Assembly: GCA_037137755.1 (NCBI GenBank)
Contig: JBAXJR010000041.1
Location: 1 to 20,974 of the forward strand
Direction of reading: 5' to 3'
From: Methanomicrobiales archaeon
GTDB lineage: Archaea; Halobacteriota; Methanomicrobia; Methanomicrobiales; Methanospirillaceae
DNA length: 20,974 bases
Under the pieces are notes generated by a model. The model did not search any database, was not told where the DNA came from, and saw only the letters and a list, made by a program, of their open reading frames with translations. Both the position numbers and the translations under genes were made by a program. Of this stretch, positions 1 through 7,136 are shown piece after piece. Position 1 is the stretch's first letter. Each line of letters opens with the position of its first letter.

Positions 1-2
1 GC

Positions 3-245
3 ACAACCGCCGGTCAGATCCCGGCAATGGGCTCGGCATCGGCTTACGTGAAGTCACACATCCAGGAAGCACGAGGAACAACCAACAACGTAAAGAGCGA
101 AGACGTGGTTTACTCAGAAGTAAGCTCAGCAAGCGGTAGGATTACAGCCTTCAACAAAGTGATCAGTTATTCGTCACAGTATACTGGATCTCCATCGTCA
201 CAGTATACTGGATCTCCATCGTCACCGCCGGTATCAACGGGATGA
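3..245 (+). CDS. 5'-truncated C-terminal part of a Ser/Thr-rich putative cell-envelope protein (tentatively the paralogous Methanomicrobiales sheath/surface protein family)
   Basis: Frame is open from the window edge (TTAGQIPAMGSASAYVKSHIQEARG...KSEDVVYSEVSSASGRITAFNKVISYSS). This beta-rich C-terminal pattern resembles a family I recall from Methanospirillum/Methanoregula. It is followed by a Ser/Pro linker and TGA at 243-245. Confidence 0.6.
   Translation, partial: TTAGQIPAMGSASAYVKSHIQEARGTTNNVKSEDVVYSEVSSASGRITAFNKVISYSSQYTGSPSSQYTGSPSSPPVSTG
171..225 (+). repeat. 24-bp perfect tandem repeat, 2.3 copies (TCGTCACAGTATACTGGATCTCCA), in frame, encoding SSQYTGSP twice
   Basis: Units at 171-194 and 195-218, plus partial TCGTCAC at 219-225. 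Confidence 0.95.
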
Positions 246-494
246 AATCACAACATTCATGCATTCGCGACTGGTGCTGCTTCAATAAATCCCAGCGGTG
301 ACATTTCAGTTCCCGATCATGGATCCCAAATGTTTACTATGGTGGGGTACACAGTACAGGGGCCCATGGGATCTCCTATAACAACCCAACCGTGGGTTTC
401 TATCGATGGTGCTCCATCCGAGAGACGGTCATCATATACATTCTCTGATGTCACATCTGATCATTCGATTCACGTCTGGTATGGAGGGGCGTAA
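246..494 (+). pseudogene. Ig-like / divergent InlB B-repeat-type domain, in frame after the TGA of the upstream gene (nonsense-interrupted or read-through extension)
   Basis: Same frame as 3..245. It reads NHNIHAFATGAASINPSGDISVPDHGSQMFTM...VSIDGAPSERRSSYTFSDVTSDHSIHVWYGGA* and matches the 'xISPSGxVxVxxGxSQTF...VDG...SSYTFxNVTxxHTI' repeat pattern. No start codon precedes the domain. Confidence 0.7.
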
Positions 495-586
495 ATATTT
501 TTAGATATAATTTCTTTATTTTCATCCTGCGTCCAATATCATGAGTGTTTGAAAAATAGTATAGTGCTACAGTGAAACGTATAATA

Positions 587-925
587 TTATATTTTTCCCG
601 GTAATTTATTTTTTCCTGGGACCATTTGGATCCAGTCATCATTTTGGTTAAATTCCCTTATTCCGAAATCTTCCAAATTAAAAGACCTCTCCTGATATTT
701 ACGGGCATTATCAAAAGTTTTCTGATTAGCAGTATGACCACTTTTAGCCACTGGTTGTAAGGGCTTTAATTCGGTCTGTAATGTGTCCATTGACTTAACA
801 AAGACTGTATGAACCTTGGATAATACGATATCTATTTTTTTAAGGTAGTACCTGACTGCTTCTTTCCGTGAATACATCCTGATAGGTCTTCTGGATAACT
901 TCCCTTGTAAAAAGTTAAGTTTCAT
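587..925 (-). CDS. Hypothetical protein (112 aa) of the integrated element
   Basis: ATG ORF with a purine-rich upstream sequence (GGGTGAAAGGAA), on the same strand as the other element genes. No recognisable motif. Confidence 0.45.
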   Translation of the reverse strand: MKLNFLQGKLSRRPIRMYSRKEAVRYYLKKIDIVLSKVHTVFVKSMDTLQTELKPLQPVAKSGHTANQKTFDNARKYQERSFNLEDFGIREFNQNDDWIQMVPGKNKLPGKI

Positions 926-968
926 TTCCTTTCACCCTTCTCTTGTCATGATTGCAATTATTATCCAT

Positions 969-1264
969 TCAGAATAAAGATTCATTGTCGGGATCGGCAA
1001 TATTGCCCCCGGCTAAATCAGGTATGTTTTCATATTGCAGCCGACCAAGTAAGCAGCTCCTGAGTATCTCAAGTCCTGCCATTTCCCGGCTAATGGTGTA
1101 ACCGATTAACGTGGCACGTTGTACCATAAAGTGTCACACTCCTGGTGGTTCACGGGAGCGCTGATCAATAATTCGTGTGGCTCATCAAATCTTCTTTGTA
1201 TTGCGGAAACAATATCCGGGTCTCCTTTGCCCGGAAAACCACCTTTTCCCTTTTTAAGAGCCAT
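969..1264 (-). pseudogene. Probable frameshifted hypothetical gene (~98 codons)
   Basis: MALKKGKGG...QECDT joins MVQRATLIGYTISREMAGLEILRSCLLGRLQ...SLF* if one T is added to the run at ~1128-1130. No homology support. Confidence 0.3.
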
Positions 1265-1409
1265 TTGCTGTAGACCCCCGAGTGGATGCATGAACTATAA
1301 CTGCTCGCTTCACTTTCACCAGAATTTTAACAAGAGTCTGCTCTTGTTCTGAAAGGTCGTGAAGAAGGTCAGCCGAAATACTCAGCGGCTGTGTCTGAGT
1401 ATCCTTCAT
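1254..1409 (-). CDS. Small hypothetical protein (51 aa)
   Basis: MKDTQTQPLSISADLLHDLSEQEQTLVKILVKVKRAVIVHASTRGSTANGS*. Its start overlaps the zinc-ribbon stop as ATGA, suggesting translational coupling. Confidence 0.45.
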   Translation of the reverse strand: MKDTQTQPLSISADLLHDLSEQEQTLVKILVKVKRAVIVHASTRGSTANGS

Positions 1410-1522
1410 GCTGTTCCCCGATAATTAACCGTCTTCCGGTAAAGGTAGCTTTTGCACTTGGGACAGCTCTGAGGCGTTGCAGTTCTTGGCAGCCAGTGAT
1501 GACCACACTTTTTACAAACCAT
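1406..1522 (-). CDS. Small C4 zinc-ribbon protein (38 aa; alternative TTG start at 1537)
   Basis: MVCKKCGHHWLPRTATPQSCPKCKSYLYRKTVNYRGTA*. The CxxCGHxWxPR...PxxCPxCKS pattern is typical of small Zn-finger proteins of archaeal mobile elements. It is below the ORF-track cutoff. Confidence 0.7.
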   Translation of the reverse strand: MVCKKCGHHWLPRTATPQSCPKCKSYLYRKTVNYRGTA

Positions 1523-1880
1523 TTCGGTTACAATCAATTGTGACGTGACTTATCGTAGTCCCGTCCAAAAACAGTACCACAGGGCGTGTGATTCAGGGGT
1601 TTGTTTTGCTACGTCCCGGGCATTTACCGAAATTCCCGTTGTTTTTCTGAACATTCAGTAAGGTGCGGAAGTTGATTCCATTTGCGCAGCAAGGGAGCGT
1701 TATTCCAGAATGTTTCACTGGATGGTCCATCTGCGTACAGGGGCCGGGTGTCACTTGGATTACTCTAGCGACTAAAACCATTTCACGGGTAGGCTTATCC
1801 TGTCTGCAACTTCCACTCTACCAGTTCTATATTATCCTGTGCCATGTTTATTATCTTTCTCTAGAAAATAACTACAATAG

Positions 1881-1895
1881 TGTTATAGTATAACA
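1881..1895. promoter_or_regulatory. Perfect inverted repeat TGTTATA-G-TATAACA, candidate operator upstream of the element's small-gene operon
   Basis: 7-bp arms with a 1-bp spacer, in the AT-rich gap between the integrase stop (1961) and an ATG at 1845. Confidence 0.4.
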
Positions 1896-1960
1896 AACGG
1901 AGCCCGTATAATATATTATTGTATTATTTGTAAACACCGTTACCAGTGATAAAAAAAGGA

Positions 1961-3229
1961 TTATCTTGGTTTTGTGCGTAGTTCTTGAAGTTTACTTTCC
2001 GGGATGACACTGACAATCATTTTTACGAGCTCGCTTTGCATTGCGGATTTATTTTTTAGCTCTTCAAGCTCTTTCTGTATCCTGTTATTTGCACTCTGTA
2101 AAACTGATATGGATATTGCCTGTTGCTTTCCGGTTTCAAGAGCTTCCCTTGCTTCATCGGTATGACGTAGTTCCAGGTATGGAAGTGCTTTGCGATAATC
2201 GGTTTCTAATTGCCCTGATTCTTTAAGAACAAGGTAATTTCTTTGTAATCCCGGGGCGTGTCCCATAAGATACTCAGCGCTGTCGGGACTCCCATACCTT
2301 CCACACATCATCCTAAAAAATTTCCTGTTGAATGAATATGCAATTTCATTATTCCATTACTGGTTTTAGATTCAAGCCCCGCGGCAATAACACCCCGCCT
2401 TAGTGCTTCCTGAACCGTGTTCCGATCCAGGGGAAATAACCGGATGTTGTAGGGGAAGGGGTTTGTCGTTTTGGTCCCTAGTTGTGATCTTCGGTTCCTT
2501 AATCCAACTGTCCTTTTGTCCTTTGTTTCGATGTATGCTTCTCTCCGGGGCAACCATACGGTCTGGAGATATTCCTTTGCTTCGTTTGAAATGAACACAT
2601 CCCGTGACTTACCGCCCTTGCAAATAGGGAGAGTTACCCGGCAGGGTGTTTCATCCCAGAATATATCTTGGAGCCGGATATTCAGAACTTCATTTATTCG
2701 CGCACCTGAACTTAACAATGTCAGGAAGATAGCCCTTTGTGGAATGGATAACTGATCATATGTTTTTTTAGCGGTTTGCAGTGTGAAAGGTAAATCTTCT
2801 ATCACGTCATCTGCGACCAATTCAATATCATCAAGCTGTGAATCTGAAAATGTAATATCACACTTGACCAAGTACGCACGGACGTTCATTAAATATCCGC
2901 GCCGTGTTGCTTTGGATAAGAAGTATGGTTCCTTGATTTTCCCATCCGTTTTGTTTTGGGCTCCATAAGGAATCTGTAATAACCCAGTAAGTCCTTAAGA
3001 ATAACCGACCTGTCCCGTTTCCTGACGTATTTATCAAGTTTATCAAAGTCGGGGGTTCCAAACTTCCACTCAGCAAATTCTTTCAATCCTGTTTCATATG
3101 TTTGCCTGGTGGTCTGTGTCTTTCGAGTATTTAGAAACTCAAGTGGTGTAAAATGTACCGGGTCATCAAAAGATGCTGTAAGTCGTTTTGCCGTTATTAA
3201 AGGCCGTTTTTAGATATTAACTTGTTCAT
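1961..3229 (-). pseudogene. Tyrosine recombinase/integrase, ~423 codons, interrupted by three 1-nt deletions
   Basis: The reconstruction has an N-terminal 'TTRQTYETGLKEF' motif and the catalytic set R (SSGARINE), K (CKGGK), HxxR (HST|RKFF, across a frameshift), H (LMGH) and Y (RNYL), plus a C-terminal coiled coil. Frame breaks are at ~3207-3211, ~2949-2952 and ~2326. Confidence 0.88.
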
Positions 3230-3353
3230 TATACAATATCGTGAGATAATACCATTGGATTGCCACCTGGTCAGGCAATACTCAGCTCCGTTTTCACTGG
3301 AGGTGGACGATCATAACCTATAAGTGGATGAAAGAACCAGGTTTATCGGTACA

Positions 3354-3367
3354 TTCACAATTGTGAA
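3354..3367. promoter_or_regulatory. 14-bp perfect palindrome TTCACAATTGTGAA, candidate transcription-factor operator upstream of iscS
   Basis: Lies ~35 bp upstream of a TATA-like AACCTTATACTTAA (3398-3411) in the integrase/iscS divergent intergenic region. Confidence 0.45.
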
Positions 3368-3484
3368 CACGTAGGGAAGGTAGTTGCACAACCTAATAAC
3401 CTTATACTTAAAGCGGCCTGTGTTGAAATCGGAGGGATAATCCTTTTGAAGGTTCAATCCCTGTTACTAATAACCTGGTGAAGC

Positions 3485-4660
3485 ATGGAAGATCGACAAC
3501 TGGTATACATGGACCACGCGGCTACCACTGCAGTGGACCCGGAAATTGTACAGGCAATGGTACCCTATCTTCACAACCATTTCGGGAACCCGTCTTCTAT
3601 CTATTCCATTGCACGGGAGGCGAAAGAAGCAGTCGATTCCGCACGGGGACAGGTTGCCGCCGCGCTCGGGGCAAAACCGGATGAAATCTATTTTACCTCA
3701 GGGGGAACTGAGTCCGACAACTGGGCTATTAAAGGGGTCGCGTATGCCAACAGGAAACGGGGAGACCATATCATCACCTCGAAGATCGAGCACCATGCAG
3801 TCCTCCACACCTGCCAGTACCTGCAAAAACAGGGTTTCCGGGTGACCTATCTCCCTGTCGACCAGTATGGGCTTGTAGACCCCGGTGACCTTGAGCGGGC
3901 AATCACCGGGAAGACAACCATCGTATCCATTATGTACGCCAATAACGAGATAGGGACGATTGAACCGGTAAGGGAACTAGCCGCTGTTACCCACGAACAT
4001 GGGGCATACTTCCATACTGATGCCGTCCAGGCAGTAGGCCATATCCCGGTCTCAGTCGAAAATACTGGTGCCGACCTCCTTTCACTTTCAGGCCATAAAT
4101 TCAATGGGCCAAAAGGAACAGGGGCCCTGTTTATCAGGAAAGGAGTCCGGATCGATACTATCCTCCACGGTGGCGGCCAGGAACGGAACCGGAGGGCTGG
4201 AACGGAAAACCTTGCAGGAATTGTGGGTACAGGAAAGGCGATAGAGCTAGCAACAACCGGGATCGAGGAGAAAGGAGCACGAATACGGGCTATGCGTGAC
4301 CGGCTTATATCCGGCATCCAGCGATCAATTCCGCATACACGGTTAAACGGGCACCCGACCCTAAGGCTTCCAGGTAACCTTAACATCAGCTTCGATTTCA
4401 TTGAGGGCGAATCCATGCTCCTCCTCCTGGATAGTTTCGGTATCTGTGCCTCAACCGGGAGCGCATGCACTTCAGGTTCACTAGAGCCCTCACACGTACT
4501 CCTCGCAACTGGATTACCGGCAGAGACTGCGCATGGCTCGTTGCGACTGACGCTTGATAAAGATAACACTGATGAAGAGGTAGACTATGTGCTTAGCACC
4601 CTCCCTAAGGTGGTTGGCCGCCTCAGAGAGATGTCACCGCTTGGAAAACAGGCAATATAA
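3485..4660 (+). CDS. iscS: Cysteine desulfurase (IscS/NifS, group I)
   Basis: Motifs YMDHAATT, GNPSS, FTSGGTESDN, HTDAVQ, the PLP lysine in SGHK and the catalytic Cys in STGSACTS. GGTGA RBS upstream. Confidence 0.97.
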   Translation: MEDRQLVYMDHAATTAVDPEIVQAMVPYLHNHFGNPSSIYSIAREAKEAVDSARGQVAAALGAKPDEIYFTSGGTESDNWAIKGVAYANRKRGDHIITSKIEHHAVLHTCQYLQKQGFRVTYLPVDQYGLVDPGDLERAITGKTTIVSIMYANNEIGTIEPVRELAAVTHEHGAYFHTDAVQAVGHIPVSVENTGADLLSLSGHKFNGPKGTGALFIRKGVRIDTILHGGGQERNRRAGTENLAGIVGTGKAIELATTGIEEKGARIRAMRDRLISGIQRSIPHTRLNGHPTLRLPGNLNISFDFIEGESMLLLLDSFGICASTGSACTSGSLEPSHVLLATGLPAETAHGSLRLTLDKDNTDEEVDYVLSTLPKVVGRLREMSPLGKQAI

Positions 4661-4673
4661 TTGGGAGATTGTA

Positions 4674-5120
4674 ATGTATAGCAAAACTGTAATGGACCAT
4701 TTCATGAACCCCCGGAACGTGGGGGAGATTGAAAACCCTGATGGTGTAGGGGAAGTAGGAAACCCGGTATGCGGGGACATCATGAAGATCTTCTTAAAAA
4801 TCGATGACAACCGGATCACCGATGCAAAATTCAAGACCTTCGGGTGCGGTGCCGCGATCGCTTCGAGCAGCATGGCGACTGAACTGATAAAGGGTAAGTC
4901 CCTTGAAGAGGCCTGGGAAGTGACCAACAAGGCAGTCGCCGAGGCCCTTGAAGGGCTTCCCGCGATTAAGATGCACTGTTCGGTGCTTGCTGAAGAAGGG
5001 ATCCACAAGGCGATTAACGATTACCGGACCAGGCATAACCTTGCGCCATGGGAAGAAAAAGCCCACGCTCACCACGATGAGAAGGAAGATTGCGGGTGCT
5101 CGACCTGTAACACCGGGTAA
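4674..5120 (+). CDS. iscU: Fe-S cluster scaffold IscU/NifU N-terminal family, with a His/Cys-rich C-terminal tail
   Basis: Starts MYSKTVMDHFMNPRNVG. Three Cys ligands in NPVCGD, FGCGAA and KMHCS. True start at ATG 4674, after a GGGAG RBS. Confidence 0.96.
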   Translation: MYSKTVMDHFMNPRNVGEIENPDGVGEVGNPVCGDIMKIFLKIDDNRITDAKFKTFGCGAAIASSSMATELIKGKSLEEAWEVTNKAVAEALEGLPAIKMHCSVLAEEGIHKAINDYRTRHNLAPWEEKAHAHHDEKEDCGCSTCNTG

Positions 5121-5200
5121 CAACGATCTGGTAGTGAGAATATAACTGCGAAGCCATTTGGATCGAGAAATTTACTCCTCGGGGAGCCGGTGTCCCATCT

Positions 5201-5950
5201 ATGTTAAACGGGAACGAACAGGAGCGGTACCAACGCCAGATAATGTTATTCGGCGAAGCCGGACAGGAGAAGCTGAAAGCAGCACGGGTGGTAATAGCAG
5301 GAGTCGGGGGCCTCGGGTGCCCGGTTGCCACCTATCTTGCGGTCGCAGGGGTCGGGCATATACGGATCATTGACCACGACACCGTAGAAAGAACGAACCT
5401 GAACCGGCAGATCCTTCACTGGGAAAAGGATATCGGGGTAGCAAAGACCGTATCTGCAGGTGAAAAACTCAGGGCGGTTAACCCAGATATCGAGTTAGAG
5501 GCAGTCCGGGTAACCATCAATGAAGAAACGGCGCCAGGACTTGTCAGGGATACAGATGCAATTGTCGATGCAATGGACAATTACCCGACCCGGTATCTCC
5601 TGAATAACCTTGCATGCCAGTTTGGTATACCATTATTCCATGGGGCAATAAGGGGGTTCGACGGACAGGCAACAACCATTTTACCGGGAAAGACTGCATG
5701 TTTATCCTGCATTTTTCCAAAAGCCCCTCCAAAAGAAATATTCCCTGTAGTAGGGGTCACACCCGGGATCATCGGGATGATACAGGCGAATGAAGTGCTC
5801 AAATACCTGCTCGGTACTGGTAAGCTACTCGGGAACAGGCTCGTGATCTGGGACGGGCTGCGTTCTGTCCTCGAGACAGTCCAGGTGGAACGTGACCCGT
5901 CCTGCACTGAATGCAGCCATCTGCATGGCGATCCAGGGGAGTTGTTCTAA
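5201..5950 (+). CDS. moeB: ThiF/MoeB/UbaA-family E1-like adenylyltransferase
   Basis: Motifs RYQRQI, P-loop GVGGLG, DHDTVERTNLNRQ and DAMDN. Zn-binding CLSC and CTEC. Confidence 0.92.
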   Translation: MLNGNEQERYQRQIMLFGEAGQEKLKAARVVIAGVGGLGCPVATYLAVAGVGHIRIIDHDTVERTNLNRQILHWEKDIGVAKTVSAGEKLRAVNPDIELEAVRVTINEETAPGLVRDTDAIVDAMDNYPTRYLLNNLACQFGIPLFHGAIRGFDGQATTILPGKTACLSCIFPKAPPKEIFPVVGVTPGIIGMIQANEVLKYLLGTGKLLGNRLVIWDGLRSVLETVQVERDPSCTECSHLHGDPGELF

Positions 5951-6228
5951 TGAAAGTTCGTATAAAGGCGTTTGCAAGGTTTCGTGAGATAATCGGGAGT
6001 GAAAACACTCTTGAACTTCACAATGGCACATCAGTACTGGGTGCCCTGAAAAGTCTTTCAGCAGGTTCAAAGGATTTCCGGGATGCCTGCTTTGATAAAG
6101 AGGGTAATGTTGCATCCCACGTGGTGCTGATGATTAACGGTAAACGGATAAGCGGCAGTGACCGGGATGCCGTGGAGCTAGATGAAGGTGACGAACTTGC
6201 CGTATTCCCGCCTGTTGCCGGCGGGTAA
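5950..6228 (+). CDS. moaD: Ubiquitin-like sulfur carrier (MoaD/SAMP1 family)
   Basis: MKVRIKAFARFRE...LDEGDELAVFPPVAGG, ending in diglycine. Its start overlaps the upstream stop (TAATG). Confidence 0.93.
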   Translation: MKVRIKAFARFREIIGSENTLELHNGTSVLGALKSLSAGSKDFRDACFDKEGNVASHVVLMINGKRISGSDRDAVELDEGDELAVFPPVAGG

Positions 6229-6250
6229 ATGATTAAGGGGGATATTTCAT

Positions 6251-6667
6251 ATGATCAGGCTGCAGCAGGACGATTTTGAGGTCGGAAAAATTATAGAGGA
6301 GGCGAAATCCAGTGGATCAGGTGCAATTGTCACATTTATCGGTATTGTCCGCGACGATGGGATAGAGGGCATGGAGCTGGAGGCGTACCATGACGTGGCA
6401 GAACGGGAACTGATCAGTATCAGGGAAGAGGCAATGAAGGAGTTCCCCTTACACAGCGTTGATATTATCCACCGGACAGGTCCACTCCGGGTTGGTGACA
6501 ATATTGTCCTTATCGTGGTAAGTGCCGGGCACAGGAAAGAGGCGTTTCTCGGCTGCGAGTATGTAATCGACCGGCTGAAACAGACAGTCCCGATCTGGAA
6601 AAAAGAGTATTTAAAAGATGACGAAAGATGGGTTGAAGGGGAACATGGGCCGAGGCCTGCGACCTGA
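6251..6667 (+). CDS. moaE: Molybdopterin synthase catalytic subunit MoaE
   Basis: Motifs GAIVTFIGIVR, IIHRTGPLRVGD, SAGHRKEAF and LKQTVPIWKKE. Confidence 0.95.
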   Translation: MIRLQQDDFEVGKIIEEAKSSGSGAIVTFIGIVRDDGIEGMELEAYHDVAERELISIREEAMKEFPLHSVDIIHRTGPLRVGDNIVLIVVSAGHRKEAFLGCEYVIDRLKQTVPIWKKEYLKDDERWVEGEHGPRPAT

Positions 6668-6794
6668 TCCACCCCGATGTCATCAGGCTGTCATTAAAAA
6701 AATAGAGGGTCCTTATACAGTCCATGTCGTAATCGGGGACTCATAAGAATGCCGGGGATTCACTTGAACATTGCAGTTTTTTCCCATATTATCA

Positions 6795-6963
6795 GACTCA
6801 GTTGAATCCCTGCGAGTTCAAAAAAGGAGAGAGACTCCGTCACCAGGAGGGGGGGTTTACCCCTGCCACACCCCCAGTAAGATATTTATCAGGCAAGGGT
6901 TCAATTGGGACATTCAAGGAAATTTCAGAGATTTACAAGATCATTCCTATTCCAACCGGAGTC
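6795..6963. mobile_element. Putative MITE (~169 bp) between convergent genes
   Basis: Imperfect terminal inverted repeats GACTCAGTTGAAT / ATTCCAACCGGAGTC and internal G/C runs (GGGGGG...CCCC...CCCCC). No coding signal and no target-site duplication seen. Confidence 0.55.
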
Positions 6964-7136
6964 ACCAGGCAAGCGGGCCATGAGCCCCGTGAGCGTGGGA
7001 AAATTTCAGAATGCCTTAATCGGGAAGATCCATTTGAGAGCATTTCACTAAAGCCAATTTCTCGAAAAAATAGATGGATGTAGAAGTGGTTAACCAAAAC
7101 CTGGTGTGAGCACCCTGGCAGAGGCTCTTTTCCCGG

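Larger units (their letters stand above)
500..3240 (-). mobile_element. Decayed integrative element (provirus/plasmid-like remnant); boundaries approximate
   Basis: Contains a tyrosine recombinase pseudogene followed by co-oriented small ORFs, including a zinc ribbon. It is AT-richer than the flanking housekeeping genes. Confidence 0.6.

Noticed and set aside
171-225. CRISPR-like repeat
   Set aside because: The units are directly adjacent with no spacers and lie in a coding frame. No cas genes are present.
243-245. Selenocysteine recoding of the in-frame TGA
   Set aside because: The position is a linker end, not a redox motif. No convincing SECIS-like hairpin follows 494, and Sec use is not established for the inferred lineage.
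1593-1845. First gene of the element operon (ATG 1845; ORF 1593..1781)
   Set aside because: Probably a broken gene, but I could not reconstruct a single credible frame or motif.
2317-2323. Programmed -1 frameshift at A_AAT_TTT in the integrase
   Set aside because: Slippage there gives HSTG rather than the catalytic HxxR, and two other breaks would remain.
498-3217. TTTTTAGATAT direct repeat (498-508 and 3207-3217) as attL/attR of a split integrase
   Set aside because: It is only 11 bp and very AT-rich. Joining the two sites by hand does not put an ATG in frame with the integrase body.
3448-3464. tRNA T-loop-like GGTTCAATCCC
   Set aside because: The T-stem is mismatched and no cloverleaf can be built.
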